Assembly (NCBI GenBank): GCA_963713975.1
Contig: OY970218.1
Location: 2,272,001 to 2,336,000 of the forward strand
Length of the DNA stretch: 64,000 nt
Reading direction: 5' to 3'
Source: an uncultured Chloroflexia bacterium
GTDB lineage: Bacteria > Chloroflexota > Limnocylindria > Limnocylindrales > CSP1-4
Part shown: one piece after another, positions 38,211 to 48,607 of the stretch
Numbering within the stretch: position 1 is the stretch's first letter
Layout: the number at the start of each line of letters is the position of its first letter
Translations under genes and position numbers: made by a program
Notes under the pieces: generated by a model
Database searches by the model: none
The model's input: the letters and a program-made list of their open reading frames with translations, nothing else
Told to the model about the DNA's origin: nothing

Positions 38211-38762
38211 CTACGCGATGACCGGTTCCAGACCGGCCTCGTAGCCGGCATCGAAGGCAGCCAGGTCGGCCGCGACCAGGTCCGGCCGCTTGTCGCCGAG
38301 CAGGATCGCGAGCGCCCGGTGGACGCTCGCGGGCTCCACGAACCGCCGCCGTCCGACCAGTGCCCCCAGCGCCACCACGGAGACCAGCTTGTCGTCGCCC
38401 GCCCGGCGTGCCAGCGACGTGCACGGGACCTCGAGGACGTCCAGATCATCGCGACCGGGCTCCGCCTCGATCAGCGTGGTGTTCACCACCAGCAGCCCGC
38501 CCTCGGCCACCAGTGGTGCGTACCTCGCCATCGACGGCGGGTTGAGGACGACGGCATGGTCCGCGCGGTCCACGACGGGGGAGCCGATCACCCGGTCCGC
38601 GACGATCACCGTGCAGGACGCCGTGCCGCCGCGCATCTCCGGACCGTATGAGGGGATCCACAGGACCTCCCGGCCCTCCAGCATGGCGGCCTCGGCCAGC
38701 ACCTTGCCGGCGAACAGGATGCCCTGGCCACCGAACCCGGCGAAGATGGTCGAGCGCTCCAT
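38211..38762 (-). CDS. 2-oxoacid:ferredoxin oxidoreductase gamma subunit
   Basis: AGFGGQGIL, PSYGPEMRGGTA. Confidence 0.9.
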   Translation of the reverse strand: MERSTIFAGFGGQGILFAGKVLAEAAMLEGREVLWIPSYGPEMRGGTASCTVIVADRVIGSPVVDRADHAVVLNPPSMARYAPLVAEGGLLVVNTTLIEAEPGRDDLDVLEVPCTSLARRAGDDKLVSVVALGALVGRRRFVEPASVHRALAILLGDKRPDLVAADLAAFDAGYEAGLEPVIA

Positions 38763-38764
38763 GC

Positions 38765-39642
<878 letters not shown>

Positions 39643-39646
<4 letters not shown>

Positions 39647-40830
39647 CGCCCGCCCTCCTCGTCCGGGGTTCCGGCGGGGATCGGCGTGCCTGCTCCCGCG
39701 AGCGACCACGCACGGCGAGCCGCGGCCACGACCTCGTCCGGGGTGGGCACGACGCCGCCCATGCGGCCGTGGAGGGTCACGGGGACCGCCCCTGCGATCG
39801 CGAGGCGGACGTCCTCGACCAGCTGCCCGGCCGACAGCTCCACGGTCAGGACGGCTCGGGCCGTGGCCGCTGCGTTGCGCAGCTCGGCCGCGGGGAAGGG
39901 CCACAGCGTGATCGGTCGGAACAGGCCCGCCCGCAGTCCCTGCGATCTTGCCCGCTCCACGGCGGTCCGGGCGACCCGTGCCGCCGTCCCGTAGGCGACC
40001 AGGATCACCTCGGCATCCTCGAGGTCCTCGCCGGCCCACCGGATCTCACGATCCGTGATCTCGGCGTAGGTGGCCTGGAGGGCCAGGTTGGTCCGCTCGA
40101 GGTCCTCGGCGTGGAGGTTGAGCGACCTGATGGAGCGCGGCTCGCGTCCTGCCGCACCCTCGATATTCCAGTCCGGGGACTGTCGCTCGAGCTGCGGGAA
40201 CGTGGGCTGCACGGGTTCCATCGCCTGGCCCAGGATCCCGTCGGCAAGGATCATCACGGGCGTCCGGTAGCGCTCGGCCAGCGCGAAAGCGTCTCCGACC
40301 AGCTCGATGGCCTCGGCGATCGACGACGGGGCGAGGACCGGGACGTGGTAGTCGCCGTGACCGTGGCCCTTCGTGGCCTGGAGGTAGTCGGCCTGCGCGG
40401 CTCCGATGCCGCCGAGGCCGGGCCCGCCACGCATCACGTTCACGACGACGCATGGCAGCCGGGAGCCGGCCATGTAGCTCATGCCCTCGGCCATGAGGCT
40501 GATCCCGGGGCTGGAGCTCGAGACCATGACCCTCGCCCCGGCGGCAGCGGCCCCCAGGGCCATGTTGATCGCCCCGAGCTCACTCTCCGCCTGGACGAAG
40601 ACGCGACCCTCCTCCGGCATCCGGCGCGCCATCCACTCAAGCAGCTCCGCCTGGGGGGTGATCGGGTAGCCGAAGTAGGCGTCGCACCCTGCCGCGATCG
40701 CGGCCTCGGCGATCGCCTCGTTGCCCTTCATCAGGACGCGGCCCCCGGTGGCGGACGGGTTGCCGGTGCCCGGATCTGGGGCCACGAGGTGGGGGGGCGC
40801 AACCCCCGCCGTTCGAGCGAGGACGGCCAT
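39643..40830 (-). CDS. 2-oxoisovalerate-type oxidoreductase alpha subunit (VorB-like)
   Basis: [43 protein letters not shown]. Confidence 0.9.
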
Positions 40831-40835
40831 GCGAC

Positions 40836-41120
40836 TCAGGCCTCCCTGGGGCGGGCGAAGACGGTAAGGGCGGCATCGGGGCACATCCGGGCGCACTTGG
40901 CGCAGCTGGTACACGCCTCGGGGCGAACCAGGTGGACCGCGTGATGGCCCATCGCGTTCACGGATTGGGTGTCGAGGGCGAGCGCGCCGGGCTGACAGGC
41001 GTCGATGCACAGGCCGCAGCCCTTGCAGCGATCGCGCGCGACCAGGATGGGCCGGAACGATTGGGTGCCGCCGTCCTGGCGCCGGAATGGGGCGTCGACC
41101 AGCGGTGCGGACTGGGCCAT
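40836..41120 (-). CDS. 2x[4Fe-4S] ferredoxin (delta subunit)
   Basis: [11 protein letters not shown] and [12 protein letters not shown]. Confidence 0.9.
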   Translation of the reverse strand: MAQSAPLVDAPFRRQDGGTQSFRPILVARDRCKGCGLCIDACQPGALALDTQSVNAMGHHAVHLVRPEACTSCAKCARMCPDAALTVFARPREA

Positions 41121-41181
41121 GCTTGGCACCTCCAGGACCCGAGGATGGGCTGCTAGCGGTCGGCGCGCGAGGACCCAAACG

Positions 41182-41682
41182 TCATCTCTGCGAGGGCCGG
41201 TCATCCCCTCTGCCGACGAGGGCATCCACCCGGTCCGGCGTGCCTACGCGCGGAGGTTCATCGCCGGCCAGCGCCCGCACGTGGGCCACCAGCTCCTGCT
41301 CCGAGAGGCGCTCCGCCGCAGCCGAGTGCACCACGCGTCGTCGTCCGTGATGACGGTCGGCCTCGCGCAGGGTTCGCTCCAGCTGGCCGCGGAGCACGCC
41401 CGGCCCGACGACCATCACGTCGTCGATGACGGGGACGCGGTCCGCAACGTTGCCAACGAACTGGCGCAGGCTATCGCGCCGGGCTCGCTCGGCGGCGTCG
41501 GCCGTGCCTCCTCCCTGCCGAACCGCCGGGTCCATGCGGACGTGGCCGCTCGACTTGTGTCGCCCCGGCACGTCGGAGCGGATGCGCTCCACGGTCGCCC
41601 GGTCGTCCCAGCGCACCACGATGGCTTCCTCGCTGTCGATCCAGACAAGGGTCGTCGCTCCCTCGTCCCTTCGCGCGTGCAT
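41182..41682 (-). CDS. eRF1-M-domain / baeRF / host-attachment-like protein
   Basis: LVWIDSEEAIVV...RQGGG...FVGNVADRV...VMVVGPG...LSEQELVAHVR. Confidence 0.6.
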   Translation of the reverse strand: MHARRDEGATTLVWIDSEEAIVVRWDDRATVERIRSDVPGRHKSSGHVRMDPAVRQGGGTADAAERARRDSLRQFVGNVADRVPVIDDVMVVGPGVLRGQLERTLREADRHHGRRRVVHSAAAERLSEQELVAHVRALAGDEPPRVGTPDRVDALVGRGDDRPSQR

Positions 41683-41880
41683 GGATCGCTCCGATCGGCG
41701 GGTCCGCTGGACCCGCACCACATGTCGGCCGCCAGGGCCCTGCGACCCCAAGGGCGCCTCCCGCAGCATGCGCACGGGCGAGGGTGTTTGCCAGTGGCAT
41801 CCGGCGGTCCTGCGACAGCCCGATGGCCCGTCGTCCCCAAGCCCGGCTCTGCCGTGCACGGCCGTTTCGACGACCGGGCG

Positions 41881-41942
41881 CCGGCCCGTAGACCGCCGGC
41901 CCGCAGTCCGGCCCGTAGACCGCCGGCCCGCAGTCCGGCCCG
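41881..41942. repeat. 27-bp tandem repeat (about 2.3 copies)
   Basis: CCGGCCCGTAGACCGCCGGCCCGCAGT x2 plus CCGGCCCG, in a divergent intergenic region. Confidence 0.85.
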
Positions 41943-41997
41943 GGCCATCGCGACCGCCGGGACCCGGGAGGTCCCGGCCGCTTGTGACGGATGGCAC

Positions 41998-42022
41998 TCA
42001 TGCGCATTTGCGAATACCATGA
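41998..42022. promoter_or_regulatory. Probable ArsR-family operator overlapping the promoter
   Basis: ATGC-N8-GAAT core flanked by TCATG...CATGA, AT-rich, just upstream of arsR. Confidence 0.5.
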
Positions 42023-42033
42023 TGATTGCACGC

Positions 42034-42378
42034 ATGGACGAGATCACGATCCTGCAGGCCGAGGTCCTGAAGACGCTCGCAAACCCCCGACGCTTGGAGA
42101 TCCTCCACCGCCTGGCGGAGGGACCCTGCGAAGTGCGACGGCTCGCCGACGAGCTCGGTGTCAGCCAGCCCAACGTCTCCCAGCATCTCTCGGTCCTGCG
42201 GAACGCGGGTCTCGTGGACGCGGAGCGCGACGGTCGCGAGGTCAGGTACCGGCTTGCCGATCCCGACGTCATCACCGCGTGCGCCGTCATGCGCGGCGTC
42301 CTCCAACGCCGCCTCAGTCGACTCGGCCGCCTATCGCTTCAAGATCAGGTCGCCACTGAGCTCGTGGAGATCCAGTAG
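42034..42378 (+). CDS. ArsR/SmtB family regulator (probably sulfur-responsive)
   Basis: LKTLANPRRLEIL, SQPNVSQHLSVLR, YRLAD; two Cys. Confidence 0.9.
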   Translation: MDEITILQAEVLKTLANPRRLEILHRLAEGPCEVRRLADELGVSQPNVSQHLSVLRNAGLVDAERDGREVRYRLADPDVITACAVMRGVLQRRLSRLGRLSLQDQVATELVEIQ

Positions 42379-42399
42379 TCAAGGCGAGGAGCCACGCGC

Positions 42400-42813
42400 A
42401 TGGACGAATCCATCAACCTGGTGCTGTTCTCGGGCACGGATGACAAGCTGCAGGCTGCCGCCGTGATGGCCGCCGGGGCCGCCGCCCTGGGCAAGCCCGT
42501 CAACATCTTCCTGCAGTACTGGGCGCTCCGCAGCTTCACTAAGGCTGAGATCGGCGCCGATCATGGCCTTGCCGCCGAGGCCGGCGAGACCGGCCGCCAG
42601 AACGTGGATGCCCTTGCGAAGGCTGGACAGGCCAGCTGGGCCGAGACTCTGCGCCAGGCCAAGGAGCTGGGCGAGGTCGACATCCAGGCCTGCTCGCTGT
42701 CCATGGACGTCCTCCAGATCGAGGACGAGGACCTGGACCCGCTCGTGGATGGCGTCGAGGGCGTGACCGCCTTCTATCTCAATGCCGGCGACGGCCGCAT
42801 CATCTTCATCTAG
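42400..42813 (+). CDS. DsrE/DsrF/DrsH-like sulfur carrier
   Basis: FSGTDDK, ACSLSMD, GVTAF. Confidence 0.85.
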   Translation: MDESINLVLFSGTDDKLQAAAVMAAGAAALGKPVNIFLQYWALRSFTKAEIGADHGLAAEAGETGRQNVDALAKAGQASWAETLRQAKELGEVDIQACSLSMDVLQIEDEDLDPLVDGVEGVTAFYLNAGDGRIIFI

Positions 42814-42819
42814 GAGAGC

Positions 42820-43050
42820 ATGGACATGGCAGACCAGCAGGTCGACGCACGCGGGCTGAACTGCCCGATGCCGATCGTCAAGACCGCCCAGGCCATCAAG
42901 GGCCTCACATCGGGCCAGACCCTCGAGATCCTTGCCACCGACCCGGGGTCGGTCAAGGACTTCGCCGCCTGGTCCAAGTCCACCGGCAACGAGCTGGTGG
43001 AGCAGACCGTGGACGGTGGCGTGTACCGCTTCGTCATGCGCAGGAAGTAG
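42820..43050 (+). CDS. tusA: TusA sulfur carrier
   Basis: DARGLNCPMP, TDPGSVKDF. Confidence 0.92.
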   Translation: MDMADQQVDARGLNCPMPIVKTAQAIKGLTSGQTLEILATDPGSVKDFAAWSKSTGNELVEQTVDGGVYRFVMRRK

Positions 43051-43058
43051 GGACCGAG

Positions 43059-43607
43059 ATGACTGTCGCCGAATCCACCATCACGCCCGAGACGCTGCCG
43101 GCCCCCGCCGCGGAGCCCGAGGCGGCGACCAAGCCCCAGAGCCTCGCGTTCATCTGCTACAGCGGTGAGCTCGAGAAGATCTGGGCGGGCATGATCCTGG
43201 CCTCCACCGCGGGTGCGATGGCGATGCCGACCAAGGTCTTCGTGACCTTCTGGGGCCTCCAGGCCTTCGTCAAGGACGGCAAGCGCATCACCGGCGAGAA
43301 CTGGATGCAGAAGATGATGTCCGCGATGCAGCGCCCCGGCATCGCCCATCGCAAGCTGTCGAAGATGAACTTCCTGGGCATGGGTCCCTGGATGATGCGC
43401 AAGCTCGCCAAGCAGTACAACGTCGCCAGCCCCAAGGAGCTGCTCGAGATGGCCCAGCTGATGGGCGTCGAGTTCATCCCCTGCCAGATGACCATGGACA
43501 TGTTCGGCCTCAAGCGCGAGGACCTCATGGATGGGATGGGGGAGCCGGTCGGCGCCGCCACCTACCTGGGCTTCGTCGCCGAGGGCGCGTCGCCGATCTT
43601 CATCTGA
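43059..43607 (+). CDS. DsrE2-like (DrsE_2) protein
   Basis: SGELEK, FVTFWGL, LSKMNFLGMG, CQMTMD. Confidence 0.88.
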   Translation: MTVAESTITPETLPAPAAEPEAATKPQSLAFICYSGELEKIWAGMILASTAGAMAMPTKVFVTFWGLQAFVKDGKRITGENWMQKMMSAMQRPGIAHRKLSKMNFLGMGPWMMRKLAKQYNVASPKELLEMAQLMGVEFIPCQMTMDMFGLKREDLMDGMGEPVGAATYLGFVAEGASPIFI

Positions 43608-43682
43608 TCTCTCCCTCGCGGGTGGCGGTCCGTCCCCGGTCGTCACCCACGGCGTCCCAACCGTGAAGAAGGATTTCCCACC

Positions 43683-43931
43683 GTGACTGAGACCGCTATC
43701 CCGCCCGTGACCCGCACCATCGACGCCCGCGGCTCCTTCTGCCCGGGCCCGCTGATGGAGCTCATCCGCGGCATGAAGGAGTCCGAGGTCGGCGAGGTGA
43801 TCGCCGTCCTGTCCACGGACAAGGGCAGCAAGACCGACATCCCGAAGTGGGTCGGGAAGGCCGGCCACAACCTGATCGGTGTGTTCACCCGCGACGGCTA
43901 CGACGAGCTGATCGTCGAGAAGGTCCGGTAG
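43683..43931 (+). CDS. TusA-family sulfur carrier (second copy)
   Basis: DARGSFCPGPLMEL. Confidence 0.88.
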   Translation: MTETAIPPVTRTIDARGSFCPGPLMELIRGMKESEVGEVIAVLSTDKGSKTDIPKWVGKAGHNLIGVFTRDGYDELIVEKVR

Positions 43932-43938
43932 GCGTCCC

Positions 43939-45138
43939 GTGCAGCACGTTGTCGTCCTGGGCGGCGGAGTTGGGGGAACCCTCTCCGCCAACCTGATCGC
44001 TCGCAAGCTCAAGAAGCGCATCGCGGCCGGCGAGGCCAAGGTGACGGTCGTCGACGCGACCGGCAATCACGCCTACCAGCCCGGCTACATGTACATCGCG
44101 ATGGGCCAGGAGCGCGCCGAGAAGCTCGTCCGTCCGGAACGCAAGCTCCTCGACGGCAACGTCGACCTGATCGTGGACACCGTCGAGCGCATCGACACGG
44201 CCGGCCAGGTTGTCGAGCTCGCGTCGGGGCAGCGCCTCGAATACGCCCAGCTCGTGATCGCCACGGGCTCGCGCATCGTCCCGGAGGAGATGGCCGGCTT
44301 CGACACCGAGGCCCACCACTTCTACTCCGCGGAGGCTGCCGCCAAGCTGCGAACGGCACTCGATAGCTTCGAGGGCGGCCGCATCGTCATCGGCATCGCG
44401 GGCATTCCCTACAAGTGCCCGCCGGCGCCGCTCGAGGTGGCATTCCTCGTCGAGTCCGAGCTGCGCGACCGCGGCCTGCGGGCCAAGAGCGAGCTCACCT
44501 TCCTGTCGCCGATCAACCGCGCGTTCACCATCGAGAGCGTCTCCGAGATGGCCACGCCCATCTTCGCCGAGAAGGGCATCAACCTCGAGCTCCTGGCCGG
44601 CGTGTCCGAGATCGACGCCGAGCGCAAGGTGGTCATCACCGACGCCTTCGAGGAGCACCCGTACGACCTGCTGGTCTGCGTGCCCCCGCACAAGGGCGCC
44701 CAGGTCCTCATCGACTCCGGGCTCGCGCCCAAGTCCGGCTGGCTGCCCACCGATCGCCAGACCCTCCAGGTGAAGACGGTCGCGAAGCCGGCCCCGGGCC
44801 AGGCCGACGAGGACGTTCCGCGCTACGCGAACGTCTACGCCCTGGGCGACACGACCGACCTGCCGTTGTCCAAGGCGGGCTCCACGGCGCACTTCGAGGC
44901 GCCGATCATCGCCGAGCGTGTGGCCGCCGCGGTCGAGGGGCGCGAGCCCAGCGGCAAGCACGCGGACTACACCGGGAAGGTGATGTGCTTCTTCGAGGTG
45001 GGCGACGGGAAGGGCACGCTCCTCCAGTTCGACTACGACCACCCGCCCAAGCCTCCCAAGCCCGGCAGGATCTGGCACCTGGGCAAGATCGTGTTCAACA
45101 AGACCTACTGGCACACGGTGCCCAAGGGCCGCGTCTAG
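43939..45138 (+). CDS. Sulfide:quinone oxidoreductase-like flavoprotein (type III-like)
   Basis: GGGVGG, YQPG, IATG, YKCPPAPLE, YALGD, SKAG, YTGKVMCF. Confidence 0.82.
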   Translation: MQHVVVLGGGVGGTLSANLIARKLKKRIAAGEAKVTVVDATGNHAYQPGYMYIAMGQERAEKLVRPERKLLDGNVDLIVDTVERIDTAGQVVELASGQRLEYAQLVIATGSRIVPEEMAGFDTEAHHFYSAEAAAKLRTALDSFEGGRIVIGIAGIPYKCPPAPLEVAFLVESELRDRGLRAKSELTFLSPINRAFTIESVSEMATPIFAEKGINLELLAGVSEIDAERKVVITDAFEEHPYDLLVCVPPHKGAQVLIDSGLAPKSGWLPTDRQTLQVKTVAKPAPGQADEDVPRYANVYALGDTTDLPLSKAGSTAHFEAPIIAERVAAAVEGREPSGKHADYTGKVMCFFEVGDGKGTLLQFDYDHPPKPPKPGRIWHLGKIVFNKTYWHTVPKGRV

Positions 45139-45223
45139 CAGTCCTCCCCACCTGCCGCGTTTCGCGCCTGTCGCCCGCCACCAGGGGCGGGACACCAATC
45201 CGATCGCCGCCGTCCCGCCTACA

Positions 45224-45254
45224 ATCCCGGGGTGAGTTGCCACCACCCCGGGAT
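45224..45254. repeat. Perfect 11-bp inverted repeat overlapping a TACAAT -10
   Basis: ATCCCGGGGTG-N9-CACCCCGGGAT. Confidence 0.7.
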
Positions 45255-45260
45255 CTTCGC

Positions 45261-46607
45261 GTGAGCGGCCGCGTCTTCCTCCGCTCCGCCTGGCCGGACC
45301 CGGCCGTCGCCGTGTCGGCGCACGACTCCACGATCGTCGATGCCGGCGGGCGGGAATACCTCGATGCCGCCGGCGGTGCGGTGGTCGTCAACGTGGGACA
45401 CGGACGACACGAGGTTGCCGCGGCCGCGGCCGAGCAGGCTGGCCGCCTCGCCTACGCCCATGGGTCCGCATTCACGACCGAGGCGCTCGAGCAGTACGCG
45501 GCGGCGGTGGGTCCGCACCTGCCCATTGACGACCCCTTCCTGTACCCGGTCTCGGGCGGCTCCGAGGCCATTGAGACGGCACTCAAGATGGCACGGGCCG
45601 TGCACCTGGCCCAGGGCGATGTCGACCGCCAGATCGTGTTCGCCCGGTGGGGGAGCTACCACGGCAACACGCTCGGAGCGCTGGACCTGTCCGGCCGTCG
45701 GCCGCTGCGCCGTCCGTACGAGGGCTGGCTCGGCCGCTTCCGGCACGTGAGCGCCGCCTACCCGTACCGAGCGGACGAGCCGGGCTCGCAGGCGCTCGGC
45801 ACCGCCGCCGAGCTGGCCGATGAGCTGGAGCGGGCGATCAGCGCGGCCGGGCCGGGGACGGTTGCCGCATTCGTGGGTGAGCCGATCGTCGGTGCGACGC
45901 TGGGTGCCGTGGAGCCGCCGGACGGCTACTGGCCGGCGATCGCCGAAGTCTGCCGGCGCCACGGGGTGCTGCTGATCGCGGACGAGGTGATGACGGGCTT
46001 CGGGCGGACCGGTGCCTGGTTTGCGATGGACCACTACGGCGTCCGACCGGATCTCCTGGTGGCAGCCAAGGGCGCGACGTCGGGCTACTGGCCGTTCGGG
46101 TTCGTGGCGACGTCCGGCGACGTCCGGGCCGCGATCTCCCGCGGCGGCGCGTTCGTGCACGGGTTCACGTACTCGCACCAGCCGGTCGCGGCCGCCGTCG
46201 CGCACGAGGTGCTGCGGATCATCGAGGCCGAGTCGCTGGTCGAGGCGTCCGCGGTCAAGGGCGAGCGCCTGCTGGCGCTGTTGCGCGCGCGGCTGGGCGA
46301 CCACCCGGCGGTCGGCGACATCCGCGGGCGCGGGCTGATGGTCGGCGTGGAGCTGGTGCAGGACCGCGAGACCAAGGCGGCGTTCCCGCGTGGCGCCCGA
46401 CTGACCGAGACCGTGGTCCGCATCGCCCACGGGCGCGGGCTGCTGCTCTACTCCGGGACCGGGAACGCGGACGGGACGAACGGCGACGTCATCCTGCTCG
46501 GGCCGCCGTTCGTGGTCACGGACGCGGAGCTGGCACGGATCGTGGACGGCCTCGGCGATGCGCTGGACCTGGCGCTGGAGACCGTCGAGACGCTCGGGCG
46601 TCCCTGA
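45261..46607 (+). CDS. Class III aminotransferase (BioA-like subfamily)
   Basis: YLDAAGG, GGSEAIETALK, SYHGNT, DEVMTGFGRTG, AKG, HGFTY. Confidence 0.9.
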   Translation: MSGRVFLRSAWPDPAVAVSAHDSTIVDAGGREYLDAAGGAVVVNVGHGRHEVAAAAAEQAGRLAYAHGSAFTTEALEQYAAAVGPHLPIDDPFLYPVSGGSEAIETALKMARAVHLAQGDVDRQIVFARWGSYHGNTLGALDLSGRRPLRRPYEGWLGRFRHVSAAYPYRADEPGSQALGTAAELADELERAISAAGPGTVAAFVGEPIVGATLGAVEPPDGYWPAIAEVCRRHGVLLIADEVMTGFGRTGAWFAMDHYGVRPDLLVAAKGATSGYWPFGFVATSGDVRAAISRGGAFVHGFTYSHQPVAAAVAHEVLRIIEAESLVEASAVKGERLLALLRARLGDHPAVGDIRGRGLMVGVELVQDRETKAAFPRGARLTETVVRIAHGRGLLLYSGTGNADGTNGDVILLGPPFVVTDAELARIVDGLGDALDLALETVETLGRP

Positions 46608-46941
46608 CGAACCTCAGCGGCGGACTGGCGGCGTCCGTCGGTCTGGCGGCGGGTGGGTCGCCCGCGAGTCCGCGCCCGCGACGTGCGGAGCCCCGAAACC
46701 CGAACGATCCAAGGCCGGTCCCGGCCGCCGGGCGGCCAATGGAACGTTCGTAGCTTCTGCCTTGCTCGCTATGGCGAGCACCGGGAGCGCCTGATCGCCG
46801 AATCCTGGCCCGCTGCTCGTCTGGGCGAGCGAGACAGCGGTTGTGGGCCCTTGTTCGCTCGCGTCGCGGCCGGGGGAAGCACGCGGATGGCTCGCGCCGC
46901 GGCCGGGGACAGCCCGCCGCCCACTCGCGCCCGCCGGGCGC

Positions 46942-47502
46942 CTACCGGCGCGCCGAAGACGCGCGGATCACCACGAAGCCGCCCAGGCCGAGCAGAATCA
47001 GCGGCCAGAACAGCTCGCTGAAGCCCGGGATCGCGAACGACGACACCCCGATCAGCGCGAGGATGGCGCCCAGCCCCGCTTGCCAGCCAACGCCGCCGCC
47101 GCTGACCGCTCGGACGAGCGCGATGAACAGGAACGCGAGGCCCAGGCACAGCGTCCCGAGGCCCGACTGGTCCTGCACACCGGCCGCGACGAGCAGGTCA
47201 GGCGCGGCGAGCGCGGTGATGATCGCGCCAAGGTAGAGGGATCCGACCCCCCGGTTCACCAGCCACGAGACGAGGAACGCCACACCCACTGCGAGGAACA
47301 CCAGGGAGCCCGCCGTCTCGAGCGCCGGGAATGCGGTCCGCAGCAGGAGCAGGACGCCGAATACGAGGAGGAAGATCCCGAACCAGGGCAGGCGGCTCCG
47401 GCCCCGTGGTGCGCCGCTTCCGGTCCACTCCCAAGAGTAGGCACGGACCACGTCGCCCTCGATCACGTCGCCCGTGACGGGCGTCTCCCGTCGCTCGGTC
47501 AT
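46942..47502 (-). CDS. Hypothetical multi-TM membrane protein (LiaF/DUF5668-like)
   Basis: About 6 hydrophobic helices; WPLILLGLG motif; GAGGA RBS. Confidence 0.7.
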   Translation of the reverse strand: MTERRETPVTGDVIEGDVVRAYSWEWTGSGAPRGRSRLPWFGIFLLVFGVLLLLRTAFPALETAGSLVFLAVGVAFLVSWLVNRGVGSLYLGAIITALAAPDLLVAAGVQDQSGLGTLCLGLAFLFIALVRAVSGGGVGWQAGLGAILALIGVSSFAIPGFSELFWPLILLGLGGFVVIRASSARR

Positions 47503-47594
47503 GTCGTCCTCCAGTCGCTGAGAGGCCGAGCGTAGCGCGCCTTGCGTCGCGAGGCTCCACGGACCGGTCGCGACGGGTCTACGATGCCCGCGAG

Positions 47595-48533
47595 ATGCCG
47601 CACGTCATGACCGTCCAGGGCCCGGTCGACCCTTTGACCCTGGGTTTCATCCTTCCTCATGAGCACACCCAGTGCACGCTCTGGCACATTCAGGACCGCT
47701 GGGACTACTGGGAGCTCACGCCGGACGAGCCGGTGATCCTCGAGGAGCTCCGCCTGTTCAAGGAGGCCGGCGGGACCGCACTGGCGGACCTCACGCTGCC
47801 CGGGATCGGGCGGAACCCCGCCTGGCTCCTGCGGATCAGCGAGCTGAGCAGGCTGCCCATCGTCATGGGCGGCGGTTGGTATCGCACCGCCTATTACCCG
47901 CCCGAGGTGCTCATCGAGCGCCGTTCGGTGGACTCCCTCGCCGAGGAGCTGGTCCACGATGCGACCGTCGGGGTGGGGGAGAGCGGGATCCGGATCGGGA
48001 TCCTGGGCGAGATCGGCACCGACAAGCCGTGGGTCACGCCAGCCGAGGAGCGCGTGTTCCGCGCCGTCGCCCGGTGCTCGCGCCGCACCGGCCTCGCGGT
48101 CTCGACCCACGCGGTGCTCTCCGACGTGGGCGCCGCACAGCTGACGATCCTCGAGGAGGAGGGCGTCGACCCGGGAAGGGTCGTCATCGGCCACGCGGAC
48201 AGCTACCCGGTCCTGGACCACTACCTGTCGCTGATCGAACGCGGTGCTTCCATCGAGTACGACTTCCTGGGCATGTCGTTCACGGTCATGGAGCGGCTGG
48301 GCGAGGAGCGGATCATCGACCTGCTGCTGGAGCTGCTCCATCGGGGCCACGCCGATCGGGTCCTGCTCAGCCACGATGTCTGCCACAACAGCCAGCTGCG
48401 CCACTACGACGGCAACGGCTACACGTACCTGACGTCGACGTTCCTGCCGCGGCTGCGCGAGCGAGGCGTGTCCGAGGCGGAGATCAAGCAGCTCACGGTC
48501 ACGAACCCGCGGCGGATCCTCACGATCGGCTAG
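47595..48533 (+). CDS. Phosphotriesterase-family amidohydrolase
   Basis: PHEH, GEIG, STH, IGHAD, LLSHD, NPRR. Confidence 0.9.
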   Translation: MPHVMTVQGPVDPLTLGFILPHEHTQCTLWHIQDRWDYWELTPDEPVILEELRLFKEAGGTALADLTLPGIGRNPAWLLRISELSRLPIVMGGGWYRTAYYPPEVLIERRSVDSLAEELVHDATVGVGESGIRIGILGEIGTDKPWVTPAEERVFRAVARCSRRTGLAVSTHAVLSDVGAAQLTILEEEGVDPGRVVIGHADSYPVLDHYLSLIERGASIEYDFLGMSFTVMERLGEERIIDLLLELLHRGHADRVLLSHDVCHNSQLRHYDGNGYTYLTSTFLPRLRERGVSEAEIKQLTVTNPRRILTIG

Positions 48534-48556
48534 GGCCTGGCCCGGGAATTCGAGAC

Positions 48557-48582
48557 GCCGGCCACCCGTGAGGGCGACCGGC
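48557..48582. terminator. Hairpin between convergent genes
   Basis: GCCGGCCACCC-GTGA-GGGCGACCGGC. Confidence 0.45.
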
Positions 48583-48607
48583 GCCGGACCTGCGCTGTTC
48601 GGAGGGG

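Noticed and set aside
41881-41942. Possible mini-CRISPR
   Set aside because: Contiguous tandem repeats with no unique spacers and no cas genes
44415-46607. 730-aa ORF suggesting an extended or fused aminotransferase
   Set aside because: The N-terminal part is an off-frame shadow of sqr; the real start is about 45261
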